Assembly: GCA_038901755.1 (NCBI GenBank) | Contig: JBCKPH010000001.1 | Location: 2,410-66,409 of the forward strand | DNA from: Burkholderiaceae bacterium | Lineage (GTDB): Bacteria; Pseudomonadota; Gammaproteobacteria; Burkholderiales; Burkholderiaceae_C | Direction of reading: 5' to 3' | Length of the DNA: 64,000 bases | Shown: positions 45,468 to 53,010 of the stretch, piece by piece | How positions within the stretch are numbered: the stretch's first letter is position 1 | Layout of the letters: every line of letters begins with the position of its first letter | Notes under the pieces: generated by a model | The model's input: only the letters and a program-made list of their open reading frames with translations | What the model was told of the DNA's origin: nothing | Databases searched by the model: none | Translations under genes and position numbers: made by a program

Positions 45468-46505
45468 ATGACGTACAGATCGGTATTCCGCCCCGGCCTG
45501 TTCGAGCGCAAGGTCGTGCTGGTGACGGGGGGCGGTTCGGGCATTGGCCGCTGCACGGCGCATGAGCTGGCCGCGCTCGGCGCCCATGTCGTGCTGGTTG
45601 GGCGCAAGCTGGACAAGCTGCAAGCCGTGGCCGGCGAAATCGCTGCCGACGCAGCCGGCCAAGGCAGCGGAGTGAGTTTTCATGTTTGCGACATCCGGCA
45701 GGAAGACATGGTGCGTGACATGGTGGCAGCAGTCGTCGCCAGCCATGGCCAGATCGACGCATTGGTCAACAATGCCGGCGGCCAGTACATGGCGCCGCTG
45801 GAGCAGATCTCGGCCAAGGGCTGGGACGCGGTGCTGCACACCAATCTGACCGGCGGCTTCCTGATGGCGCGCGAGTGCTATCTGCAGTCCATGCAGCAGC
45901 AGGGCGGCGCCATCGTCAACATCGTTGCCGATATCTGGGGCTCGATGCCCGGCATGGGCCACAGTGGTGCGGCGCGCGCCGGCATGGTCAGCTTCACCGA
46001 GACGGCGGCGCTGGAGTGGGCCAAAAGCGGAGTCCGGGTGAACGCCGTGGCGCCGGGCTACATCGCCTCCAGCGGCATGGACCATTACCCGAGCGAGGCC
46101 GGCCCCCGGTTGCGCCAGATGAGCCAGACCGTGCCGGCAGGCCGCTTTGGCAACGAGGCCGAGACTGCGGCGGCGATTGTGTTCCTGCTTAGCCCGGCGG
46201 CGTCCTTCATCAGCGGCAGCGTGTTGCGGGTCGACGGCGCGCGGCCGCAGGTGCGCATGGGCTGGGGCCAGGTGGCCGCGCCCGCGGACGTGCAGCTGCG
46301 CGATGCGGTCAAGCCCTACGACGGGTTTCACCGGGCAGTGACGCCCAAAGTATTGAGGCAAGACCCTCACCCCTACCCTCTCCCGCAAGCGGGAGAGGGG
46401 GTTGATGTAACTTCTCCCTCTCCCTCCGGAGGGGAGCAGGAATCTTCTCCCTCCTCGTCCGGGACAGGGCGGGCACGTTCTCCCTCTCCCGGCGGGAGAG
46501 GGTAG
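45468..46505 (+). CDS. SDR-family oxidoreductase (AtuB / trans-2-enoyl-CoA reductase-like) with repeat-encoded C-terminal tail
   Basis: VVLVTGGGSGIGRC, SGAARAG. The last 47 aa and the TAG stop lie inside the repeat array 46364..46514. Confidence 0.85.
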   Translation: MTYRSVFRPGLFERKVVLVTGGGSGIGRCTAHELAALGAHVVLVGRKLDKLQAVAGEIAADAAGQGSGVSFHVCDIRQEDMVRDMVAAVVASHGQIDALVNNAGGQYMAPLEQISAKGWDAVLHTNLTGGFLMARECYLQSMQQQGGAIVNIVADIWGSMPGMGHSGAARAGMVSFTETAALEWAKSGVRVNAVAPGYIASSGMDHYPSEAGPRLRQMSQTVPAGRFGNEAETAAAIVFLLSPAASFISGSVLRVDGARPQVRMGWGQVAAPADVQLRDAVKPYDGFHRAVTPKVLRQDPHPYPLPQAGEGVDVTSPSPSGGEQESSPSSSGTGRARSPSPGGRG

Positions 46506-46514
46506 GGGTGAGGG
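46364..46514 (+). repeat. Hairpin-repeat array A (4 units, 151 bp) with inverted termini CCCTCACCCCTACCCTCTCCCGC / GCGGGAGAGGGTAGGGGTGAGGG
   Basis: Seen directly. CT-rich arms (C/G)TTCTCCCT recur at 46411, 46444 and 46477 (33-bp spacing). Confidence 0.85.
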
Positions 46515-46522
46515 CGACGACG

Positions 46523-48190
46523 ATGGCAATTTATCAATCATCGTGGAACCCGCAAAGTGGCGCGGCTCTGCAGCGCAGCCAGGCCATGAGCGAGCGTATC
46601 GCTCAGTTGCGAGCGCTGGAGCAGCGCGCGGCCCTTGCCTCGGCCAAATCGAAACCGGTGTTCGAGAAACGCGGCCAACTGCTGCCGCGCGAGCGAATCG
46701 CGCTGCTGCTGGACCCGGGCGCGCCCTGGCTGCCGCTTTGTTCGCTGGCCGGCTTCATGCAGGACGGCCACGAGGTGGCGAAATCGGTGCCCGGTGGCGG
46801 CATTGTGGCCGGCATCGGTTTCATCAGCGGCGTGCGCTGCATGGTGGTGGCGAGCGATTCGGGCATCGACGCCGGCGCGATGCAGGCCAAGGGGCTGGAC
46901 AAGATGCTGCGGGTGCAGGAGATCGCGCTGCAGAACAAGCTGCCGTTCGTGTTTCTGGTGGAGAGCGCCGGCGCCAACCTGATGCTGTACCGGGTCGAAG
47001 GCTTTGTCCAAGGCGGCGCCCTGTTTCGCAACCTGGCGCGGCTGTCGGCGGCCGGCCTTCCGGTGATCACCGTGCAGCATGGCTCGGGCACCGCCGGCGG
47101 CGCCTACATGCCGGGCCTGTCCGATGTGGTGATCATGGTGCGAGGCCGGTCCCGCGCCTTCCTGGCCGGGCCGCCGCTGCTGATGGCCGCCACCGGCGAG
47201 GTGGCGACCGAAGAGGAACTCGGTGGCGCCGAGATGCACAGCACCATCTCCGGGCTGGGCGAGTACCTGGCCGAGGACGACCGGCAGGCGCTGGGCATCG
47301 CTCGCGAAGTGGTGGCTCGCAGCGCCCTCACCGCAACCGTCACCCGGGGGGAGAGCAGGCAAGACGGACACCCTCTCCCGCTTGCGGGAGAGGGCAGGGG
47401 TGAGGGTCCCCAACCACCCTGCCACCCGGCCGATGGGCTGCTTGGCATCATGCCCGACAACCTGCGCGAGCCGCTCGACATGCGCGAGGTGATGGCGCGC
47501 ATCGTTGATGGCTCCGAGCTGCTGGAGTTCAAGGCGCTGTACGGCGCGCAGACGCTCTGCGTGCAGGCCGCGCTCGGTGGCTACTCAGTCGGCATCATCA
47601 GCAACAACGGGCCGATCGACGTCGCCGGAGCGAACAAGGCGACGCACTTCATCCAGTTGATGTGCCAGCAGGGTTCGCCGCTGATCTACCTGCAAAACAC
47701 CACCGGCTACATGGTCGGCAAGGAGAGCGAGCAGGGCGGCATGATCAAGCATGGCTCGAAGATGATCCAGGCGGTGACCAACGCCAGCGTGCCGCAGTTC
47801 ACCGTGATGTGCGGCGCCTCCTACGGCGCGGGCAACTACGGCATGTGTGGCCGTGCCTACGCGCCGCGTTTTCTGTTCAGCTGGCCGAGCGCGCGCACCG
47901 CGGTGATGGGTGGCGAACAGGCGGCGCGGACCATGCAGATCGTCACCGAGGCGGCGCTGCTGCGCAAGGGGCTGACTGTCAACCCGGCCGAATCGAAAAC
48001 GCAGTACGACAAGATCGTGGCGCGCTTCGAGTCCCAGGCCGACGCTTTCTACACCTCGGGCCTGCTGCTGGACGACGGCGTGATCGACCCGCGTGATACC
48101 CGCGATGTGCTGATCCAGTGCCTGCAGATGGCCGACGAAGCGGCGCGTCGCACGCTGCGGCCGATGCAGTTCGGGGTGGCCCGAATGTAA
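46523..48190 (+). CDS. Acyl-CoA carboxylase carboxyltransferase (beta) subunit, AtuC/LiuB/MccB-like
   Basis: Carboxyl_trans family (GQLLPRERI...GGAYMPGLSD...GASYGAGNYGMCGRAY). Start set to the ATG at 46523. Confidence 0.9.
   Translation: MAIYQSSWNPQSGAALQRSQAMSERIAQLRALEQRAALASAKSKPVFEKRGQLLPRERIALLLDPGAPWLPLCSLAGFMQDGHEVAKSVPGGGIVAGIGFISGVRCMVVASDSGIDAGAMQAKGLDKMLRVQEIALQNKLPFVFLVESAGANLMLYRVEGFVQGGALFRNLARLSAAGLPVITVQHGSGTAGGAYMPGLSDVVIMVRGRSRAFLAGPPLLMAATGEVATEEELGGAEMHSTISGLGEYLAEDDRQALGIAREVVARSALTATVTRGESRQDGHPLPLAGEGRGEGPQPPCHPADGLLGIMPDNLREPLDMREVMARIVDGSELLEFKALYGAQTLCVQAALGGYSVGIISNNGPIDVAGANKATHFIQLMCQQGSPLIYLQNTTGYMVGKESEQGGMIKHGSKMIQAVTNASVPQFTVMCGASYGAGNYGMCGRAYAPRFLFSWPSARTAVMGGEQAARTMQIVTEAALLRKGLTVNPAESKTQYDKIVARFESQADAFYTSGLLLDDGVIDPRDTRDVLIQCLQMADEAARRTLRPMQFGVARM
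47325..47406 (+). repeat. Hairpin-repeat array B (1 degenerate + 1 intact unit), ending CCCTCTCCCGCTTGCGGGAGAGGGCAGGGGTGAGGG
   Basis: Same terminal motif as arrays A and C. Left boundary is approximate. Confidence 0.75.
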
Positions 48191-48203
48191 TGAAAGCGCC
48201 AGG

Positions 48204-48380
48204 AAGTTTCGGTCGCTTCGCTCCCGCGATACTTTTGAGCGGTTTAAGTAGCGAAAAAGCTTGGGGGATTTGCCGGTGCGCCTGCGCCTGCGAAGCTGGG
48301 CAGCGTCGACAAATCAATGGTCGACCTACGCTATGCACGCATCGAGGCATTACGCTACGGTCGACCCCGGCGCTTTTTCG
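48204..48380 (+). repeat. Intergenic repeat, copy 1 (about 80-bp element split by a 98-bp insert at 48267..48364)
   Basis: 48204-48266 plus 48365-48380 align with 57401-57482 at roughly 75% identity (AAGTTTCG.TCGCT...GATACTTT...AAAAAGCTTGG...CCCGGCGCTTTTT). Confidence 0.6.
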
Positions 48381-48397
48381 AAAAATGGAGAACGCAA

Positions 48398-49591
48398 TTG
48401 AACTACACCCACGAACATCTTGAAATCCAGAAGACGCTGAAGCGCTACATCGACGAGCACATCAATCCCCACGTGGACGAATGGGAAGAGGCCGAGATGT
48501 TTCCGGCGCATGTAGTGTTCAAGGGGCTGGGCCAGCTTGGTCTGCTGGGCCTGACCAAACCCGAGGAGTATGGCGGCGCCGGGCTCGACTACTCGTACTC
48601 GGTGGCCATGGCCGAGGCGCTGGGCCATATCGACTGCGGTGGCGTGCCGATGGCGATTGGTGTGCAAACCGACATGGCCACACCTGCGCTGGCGCGCTTT
48701 GGCAGCGACGAGTTAAGGCGCGAGTTCCTGGCGCCGGCGATTGCCGGTGACATGGTGGGTTGCATTGGCGTCAGCGAGCCCGGCGCCGGCAGCGACGTGG
48801 CTTCCATCAAGAGTCATGCGCGCAAGGACGGTGACGACTACCTGATCAGCGGCCAGAAGATGTGGATCACGAACAGCCTGCAGGCGGACTGGATGTGCAT
48901 GCTGGTCAACACCGGCGACGGCCCGAGCGGAGCGGGCAACAATCCGCACAAGAACAAGAGCCTGGTGATGGTGCCGATGCGGGATGGCCCGAACGGCAAG
49001 CTCACCAAGGGCATCGAGGTGGCGCGCAAGATTCGCAAGATCGGCATGAATTCCAGCGACACCGGCCTGATCTACTTCGACGAGGTGCGGGTGCCGCAAC
49101 GCAATCGCATCGGCGCCGAGGGCTCGGGCTTCATCTACCAGATGATGCAGTTTCAGGAGGAGCGACTTTGGGCCGCTGCCAAGGCCCTGCTTTCGCTGAA
49201 CAAGCTGATCGAAGTCACGGTCGAATGGGCGCAGCAGCGCAAGCTGTTTGGCGCCACGCTGGCCGATCAACAGTGGGTGCAGTTCAAGCTGGCCGAGGTC
49301 AAGACCGAGGTCGAATGCCTGCGCGCGCTCACCTACCGGGCCTGCGACCTCTATGTGTCGGGCCAGGACGTGACCGAACTGGCTTCCATGGCCAAGCTCA
49401 AGGCCGGCCGGCTTGGGCGCGAGGTGGCCGACACCTGCCTGCAGTTCTGGGGCGGCATGGGCTTCACCTGGGAGAACAAGGTGTCGCGCGCCTACCGCGA
49501 CGGCCGACTCGGCTCCATCGGCGGCGGCGCCGACGAGGTGATGCTGGGCATCATCGCGAGGTACATGGGCATGGCAAAGAAACGCCCATGA
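48398..49591 (+). CDS. Acyl-CoA dehydrogenase (AtuD/LiuA-like)
   Basis: ACAD family. Start set to a TTG at 48398, 7 nt after a GGAG, giving MNYTHEHLEIQKTL. Confidence 0.85.
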   Translation: MNYTHEHLEIQKTLKRYIDEHINPHVDEWEEAEMFPAHVVFKGLGQLGLLGLTKPEEYGGAGLDYSYSVAMAEALGHIDCGGVPMAIGVQTDMATPALARFGSDELRREFLAPAIAGDMVGCIGVSEPGAGSDVASIKSHARKDGDDYLISGQKMWITNSLQADWMCMLVNTGDGPSGAGNNPHKNKSLVMVPMRDGPNGKLTKGIEVARKIRKIGMNSSDTGLIYFDEVRVPQRNRIGAEGSGFIYQMMQFQEERLWAAAKALLSLNKLIEVTVEWAQQRKLFGATLADQQWVQFKLAEVKTEVECLRALTYRACDLYVSGQDVTELASMAKLKAGRLGREVADTCLQFWGGMGFTWENKVSRAYRDGRLGSIGGGADEVMLGIIARYMGMAKKRP

Positions 49592-51753
49592 AGCGCTTGC
49601 TGATCGCCAACCGCGGCGAAATCGCCCGCAGGGTGATCCGCAGCGCGCACCGAATGGGCATCGAAACCGTTGCGGTGTATTCCGACGCCGACTCCAGCGC
49701 GCTGCATGTGGCCGAGGCGACAACGGCCTTTGCGCTGGGCGGCAACGCCTCGGCCGACAGTTACCTGCGCATCGACCGGCTGCTCGAAGCCGCGCGCGCC
49801 ACCGGTGCCGACGCGGTGCACCCGGGATATGGCTTCCTGAGTGAAAACGCCGGCTTCGCCCAGTCCGTGCTGGATGCCGGTCTGACCTGGGTCGGCCCGC
49901 CGCCCGCCGCCATTCGGGCCCTGGGCAACAAGGCCAGCGCCAAGCAGTTGGCACAGCGGCTGGGCGTAGCCTGCCTGCCTGGTTACCAGGGCGAGGACCA
50001 GACGGACGCGCGTTTTGCCGCCGAGGCGCGAAGAATAGGCTATCCGGTGATGGTCAAGGCCAGCGCCGGCGGCGGTGGTCGTGGTATGCGGCTGGTCGGC
50101 AGCGCCGAGCACTTGTCTGCCGCCTTGCAGGGCGCGCGCTCCGAGGCGTCAAGCAGCTTCGGCAGCGCTGAACTGCTGATCGAACGCGCCTTGCTGGACC
50201 CGCGCCATGTCGAGGTGCAGGTGTTCGCCGATGCGCATGGCCACTGCATCCATCTGGGTGAGCGCGACTGTTCGGTGCAGCGGCGGCATCAGAAGATCAT
50301 CGAGGAGTCGCCCAGCCCGGCGGTCGATTCAGCGCTGCGCGAGGCCATGGGCCAATGCGCCGTGAAGCTGGCGCTCGCGGCAGGCTATGTGGGTGCGGGA
50401 ACGGTGGAGTTTCTGCTCGAGGCGAGCCCTCACCCCAACCCTCTCCCGGAGGGTGAGGGGGTCCGAAGCAACCTCCCTTTTCCGGAGGGTGAGGGGGTCC
50501 GAAGCAATCTTCCTCTCCCGGATAGAGAGGGGGTCCGAAGCAACCTCCCTTTTCCGGAGGGTGAGGGAGTCCGAAACAGTCTTCCTCTCCCGGATAGAGA
50601 GGGCGTCAAAAACAATCTCCCTCTCCCGCTTGCGGGAGAGGGTAGGGGTGAGGGCATCTGTGAGTTCTTCCTGATGGAAATGAACACCCGGCTGCAGGTG
50701 GAGCACCCGGTGACGGAATTGCTGACCGGCCTGGACCTGGTGGAGTGGCAGTTGCGCATCGCGCGCGGCGAGCCGCTGCCGCTGACGCAGGAGCAGGTGC
50801 GGTGGCAGGGCCATGCGATCGAGGTGCGGCTCTGCGCCGAGGACGAAAACTTCGCGCCGCACTCGGGCCTGGTCCGGCAGTTCCAGGCGCCCGAGGGGGT
50901 GCGCTTCGACCACGCCCTGCACCAGGACCTGGCGGTGCCGCCCTATTACGACTCGATGCTGGGCAAGATCATCAGCCACGGGCTGGACCGCGCCCAGGCC
51001 ATCGCGCGGCTGCGCGCCGCGCTGGCCCAGACCCTTGTGCTGGGCCTGCCGACGAATCGAGGATTTCTGGACGCCTGTCTGGCGCATCCGCAGTTTGTTG
51101 CTGGCGAAGCGCGGATTCCGTTCCTGGCGAACCAGGCCGGCGCCCTGCGTGAGCAACTTCAACAGCGGGAGCGGCGCTTGTTGTTGCCTTGCGTGGTGGC
51201 GCTGCTCTACATGGATGCGCCGGCGACGGGCACCGGCCTGCCATGCCCATTTGCCAGGCCCGCGAAAGTGCGTTGGCGCGACCAGTTGTTGGCCCTATCG
51301 GTGCTGGAGCTCGGGCCAGGCCTGCTGCGCGTCGAGTCAGAGGGGCGGCGGCATGATGTGCTGTGGACGCGCCAGGATGCGGGGTTGCTGCGGGTTACGC
51401 TGGACGGGTTGAGGCACCAGGTTGCCGCCGTGCGGCTGGACGTTCAGCGCTGGCATCTGCAATGCGATGGCGTTGAACTCTGGTTGGAAGACGCGTCCTT
51501 CGAGCCGGCGATACAGGCGGGCGGCTCTCGTGCGACAGACGAACTGCGGGCGCCGTTCAACGGCAAGTTGATCGCGCTACCTGCCAGCGCCGGCCTCTCG
51601 CTGCGCCGCGGCGACCCGCTTGCCGTGATCGAATCGATGAAACTCGAGCATGCGCTATGCGCGCCGCGCGACCTGACTGTCAAGACCCTGTCGGTGCAAG
51701 TCGGCCAGCAGGTCGCGACGGCGCAGTTGCTGATGACCTTCGAACCGGCATGA
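49588..51753 (+). CDS. Acyl-CoA carboxylase biotin carboxylase + BCCP (alpha) subunit, AtuF/LiuD/MccA-like, carrying a 76-codon repeat insertion
   Basis: MKRLLIANRGEIA, MVKASAGGGGRGMR, EMNTRLQVEHPVTE, and the biotinyl-Lys motif IESMKLEH. ATGA overlaps at both ends. Confidence 0.9.
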   Translation: MKRLLIANRGEIARRVIRSAHRMGIETVAVYSDADSSALHVAEATTAFALGGNASADSYLRIDRLLEAARATGADAVHPGYGFLSENAGFAQSVLDAGLTWVGPPPAAIRALGNKASAKQLAQRLGVACLPGYQGEDQTDARFAAEARRIGYPVMVKASAGGGGRGMRLVGSAEHLSAALQGARSEASSSFGSAELLIERALLDPRHVEVQVFADAHGHCIHLGERDCSVQRRHQKIIEESPSPAVDSALREAMGQCAVKLALAAGYVGAGTVEFLLEASPHPNPLPEGEGVRSNLPFPEGEGVRSNLPLPDREGVRSNLPFPEGEGVRNSLPLPDREGVKNNLPLPLAGEGRGEGICEFFLMEMNTRLQVEHPVTELLTGLDLVEWQLRIARGEPLPLTQEQVRWQGHAIEVRLCAEDENFAPHSGLVRQFQAPEGVRFDHALHQDLAVPPYYDSMLGKIISHGLDRAQAIARLRAALAQTLVLGLPTNRGFLDACLAHPQFVAGEARIPFLANQAGALREQLQQRERRLLLPCVVALLYMDAPATGTGLPCPFARPAKVRWRDQLLALSVLELGPGLLRVESEGRRHDVLWTRQDAGLLRVTLDGLRHQVAAVRLDVQRWHLQCDGVELWLEDASFEPAIQAGGSRATDELRAPFNGKLIALPASAGLSLRRGDPLAVIESMKLEHALCAPRDLTVKTLSVQVGQQVATAQLLMTFEPA
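50427..50654 (+). repeat. Hairpin-repeat array C (6 units, exact 36-bp period, 228 bp) with inverted termini
   Basis: The linker (TCCGAAGCAA in the first three copies, TCCGAAACAG and TCAAAAACAA in the last two) starts at 50462, 50498, 50534, 50570 and 50606. Termini are CCCTCACCCCAACCCTCTCCCG / CGGGAGAGGGTAGGGGTGAGGG. Confidence 0.9.
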
Positions 51754-53009
51754 GCGATTCGACGATGAACCCATCAGGCGATGCTGCGGCAGCCTTGCGC
51801 GAGGACATCGTCGCCCTGACCGACACGGTGCGGCGCTTTGCCTTGAGCGAGGTCGCGCCCCACGTGGAAGCCTGGGAGGAAGCTGGCGAGATACCGCGCG
51901 CGCTGTACCGCAGGGCCGCCGAACTGGGCCTGCTTGGCCTGGGTTACCCGGAGTCGCTGGGCGGCACGCCGGCACCGTTTGCGCTGCGCCATGCGATGTC
52001 GGTGACGCTGAGCCGCTACGGCGGCAGCGGCGGTCTGATGGCCAGTCTGTTTTCGCTCAACATCGGCCTGCCGCCGCTGCTGCGTCATGGCAGCGCGGCG
52101 CTGCAGCAGGAAATCGTGCCGCCGGTGCTGCGTGGCGAAAAAATTGCCGCGCTGGCTATCACCGAGCCGGGCGGCGGATCCGATGTAGCCAGCATCCGCA
52201 CTACCGCCAGGCGCGAAGGCGATGACTATCTGATCAACGGCGAAAAGACGTTCATCACCTCGGGCATGAGGGCCGACTGGATCACCATGGCGGTGCGCAC
52301 CGGCGAGCCGGGCAGCAAGGGCGAAGAAGGAAGCGCGCACAAGGACGAGAGCAACAACCCGCACAAGGGTGAGAGCAGCAACGCGCACCGAGGCGCGCGA
52401 GGCATTTCGATGATCGTTGTTCCCGGCGCTGCGCTGGGCCTGAGCCGCAGCGCGCTGCGCAAGATGGGTTGGTGGTGTTCCGACACGGCGCACCTGCGCA
52501 TGGACAACATGCGGGTGCCGGCGCGTTACCTGCTTGGGGAAGAGGGCGGCGGCTTCAAGATCATCATGAGCAATTTCAACGGCGAGCGGCTCGGCATGTC
52601 GGCCATGGCGCTGGGTTTTTCCCAGGCCTGCTACGACGAGGCGCTGGACTGGGCACGCCAGCGCCAGACCTTCGGCGTGGCGTTGGTCCAGCACCAGGTG
52701 ATCCGCCACAAGCTGGTCGACATGCAAATGCGCATTGCATCGACCCAGGCCTGGCTGGACGCGGTGACGGCGCGCCTGGACGCGGGCGACAGCTCGCCCG
52801 ACTGGGTGGCCCAGGTCTGCATGCTGAAGAACCACGCGACGCAGGCCATGCAGTTCTGCGCCGACCAGGCGGTGCAGATCCTGGGCGGCATGGGTTTCAT
52901 GCGCGGCACCCGCAGCGAGCGCATCTACCGCGAGGTCAAGGTCATGATGATTGGCGGCGGCGCCGAGGAAATCATGAAGGAACTGGCCGCGCGCCAACTC
53001 GGAATCTAG
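51750..53009 (+). CDS. Acyl-CoA dehydrogenase
   Basis: ACAD family (ITEPGGGSD...). ATGA overlap with the alpha subunit gene. Contains an in-frame 24-nt tandem repeat. Confidence 0.85.
   Translation: MSDSTMNPSGDAAAALREDIVALTDTVRRFALSEVAPHVEAWEEAGEIPRALYRRAAELGLLGLGYPESLGGTPAPFALRHAMSVTLSRYGGSGGLMASLFSLNIGLPPLLRHGSAALQQEIVPPVLRGEKIAALAITEPGGGSDVASIRTTARREGDDYLINGEKTFITSGMRADWITMAVRTGEPGSKGEEGSAHKDESNNPHKGESSNAHRGARGISMIVVPGAALGLSRSALRKMGWWCSDTAHLRMDNMRVPARYLLGEEGGGFKIIMSNFNGERLGMSAMALGFSQACYDEALDWARQRQTFGVALVQHQVIRHKLVDMQMRIASTQAWLDAVTARLDAGDSSPDWVAQVCMLKNHATQAMQFCADQAVQILGGMGFMRGTRSERIYREVKVMMIGGGAEEIMKELAARQLGI
52335..52388 (+). repeat. In-frame tandem repeat, 24-nt unit, about 2.3 copies
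   Basis: GCGCACAAGGACGAGAGCAACAAC / CCGCACAAGGGTGAGAGCAGCAAC match at 20 of 24 positions, followed by GCGCAC... The repeat encodes AHKDESNN-PHKGESSN-AH. Confidence 0.6.
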
Positions 53010-53010
53010 G

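Noticed and set aside
50427-50654. Regular repeat/spacer pattern considered as a CRISPR array
   Set aside because: The period is only 36 bp, the 10-nt 'spacers' are near-identical (the first three are TCCGAAGCAA), and no cas genes are present. The array lies inside a continuous ORF bounded by conserved biotin-carboxylase motifs.
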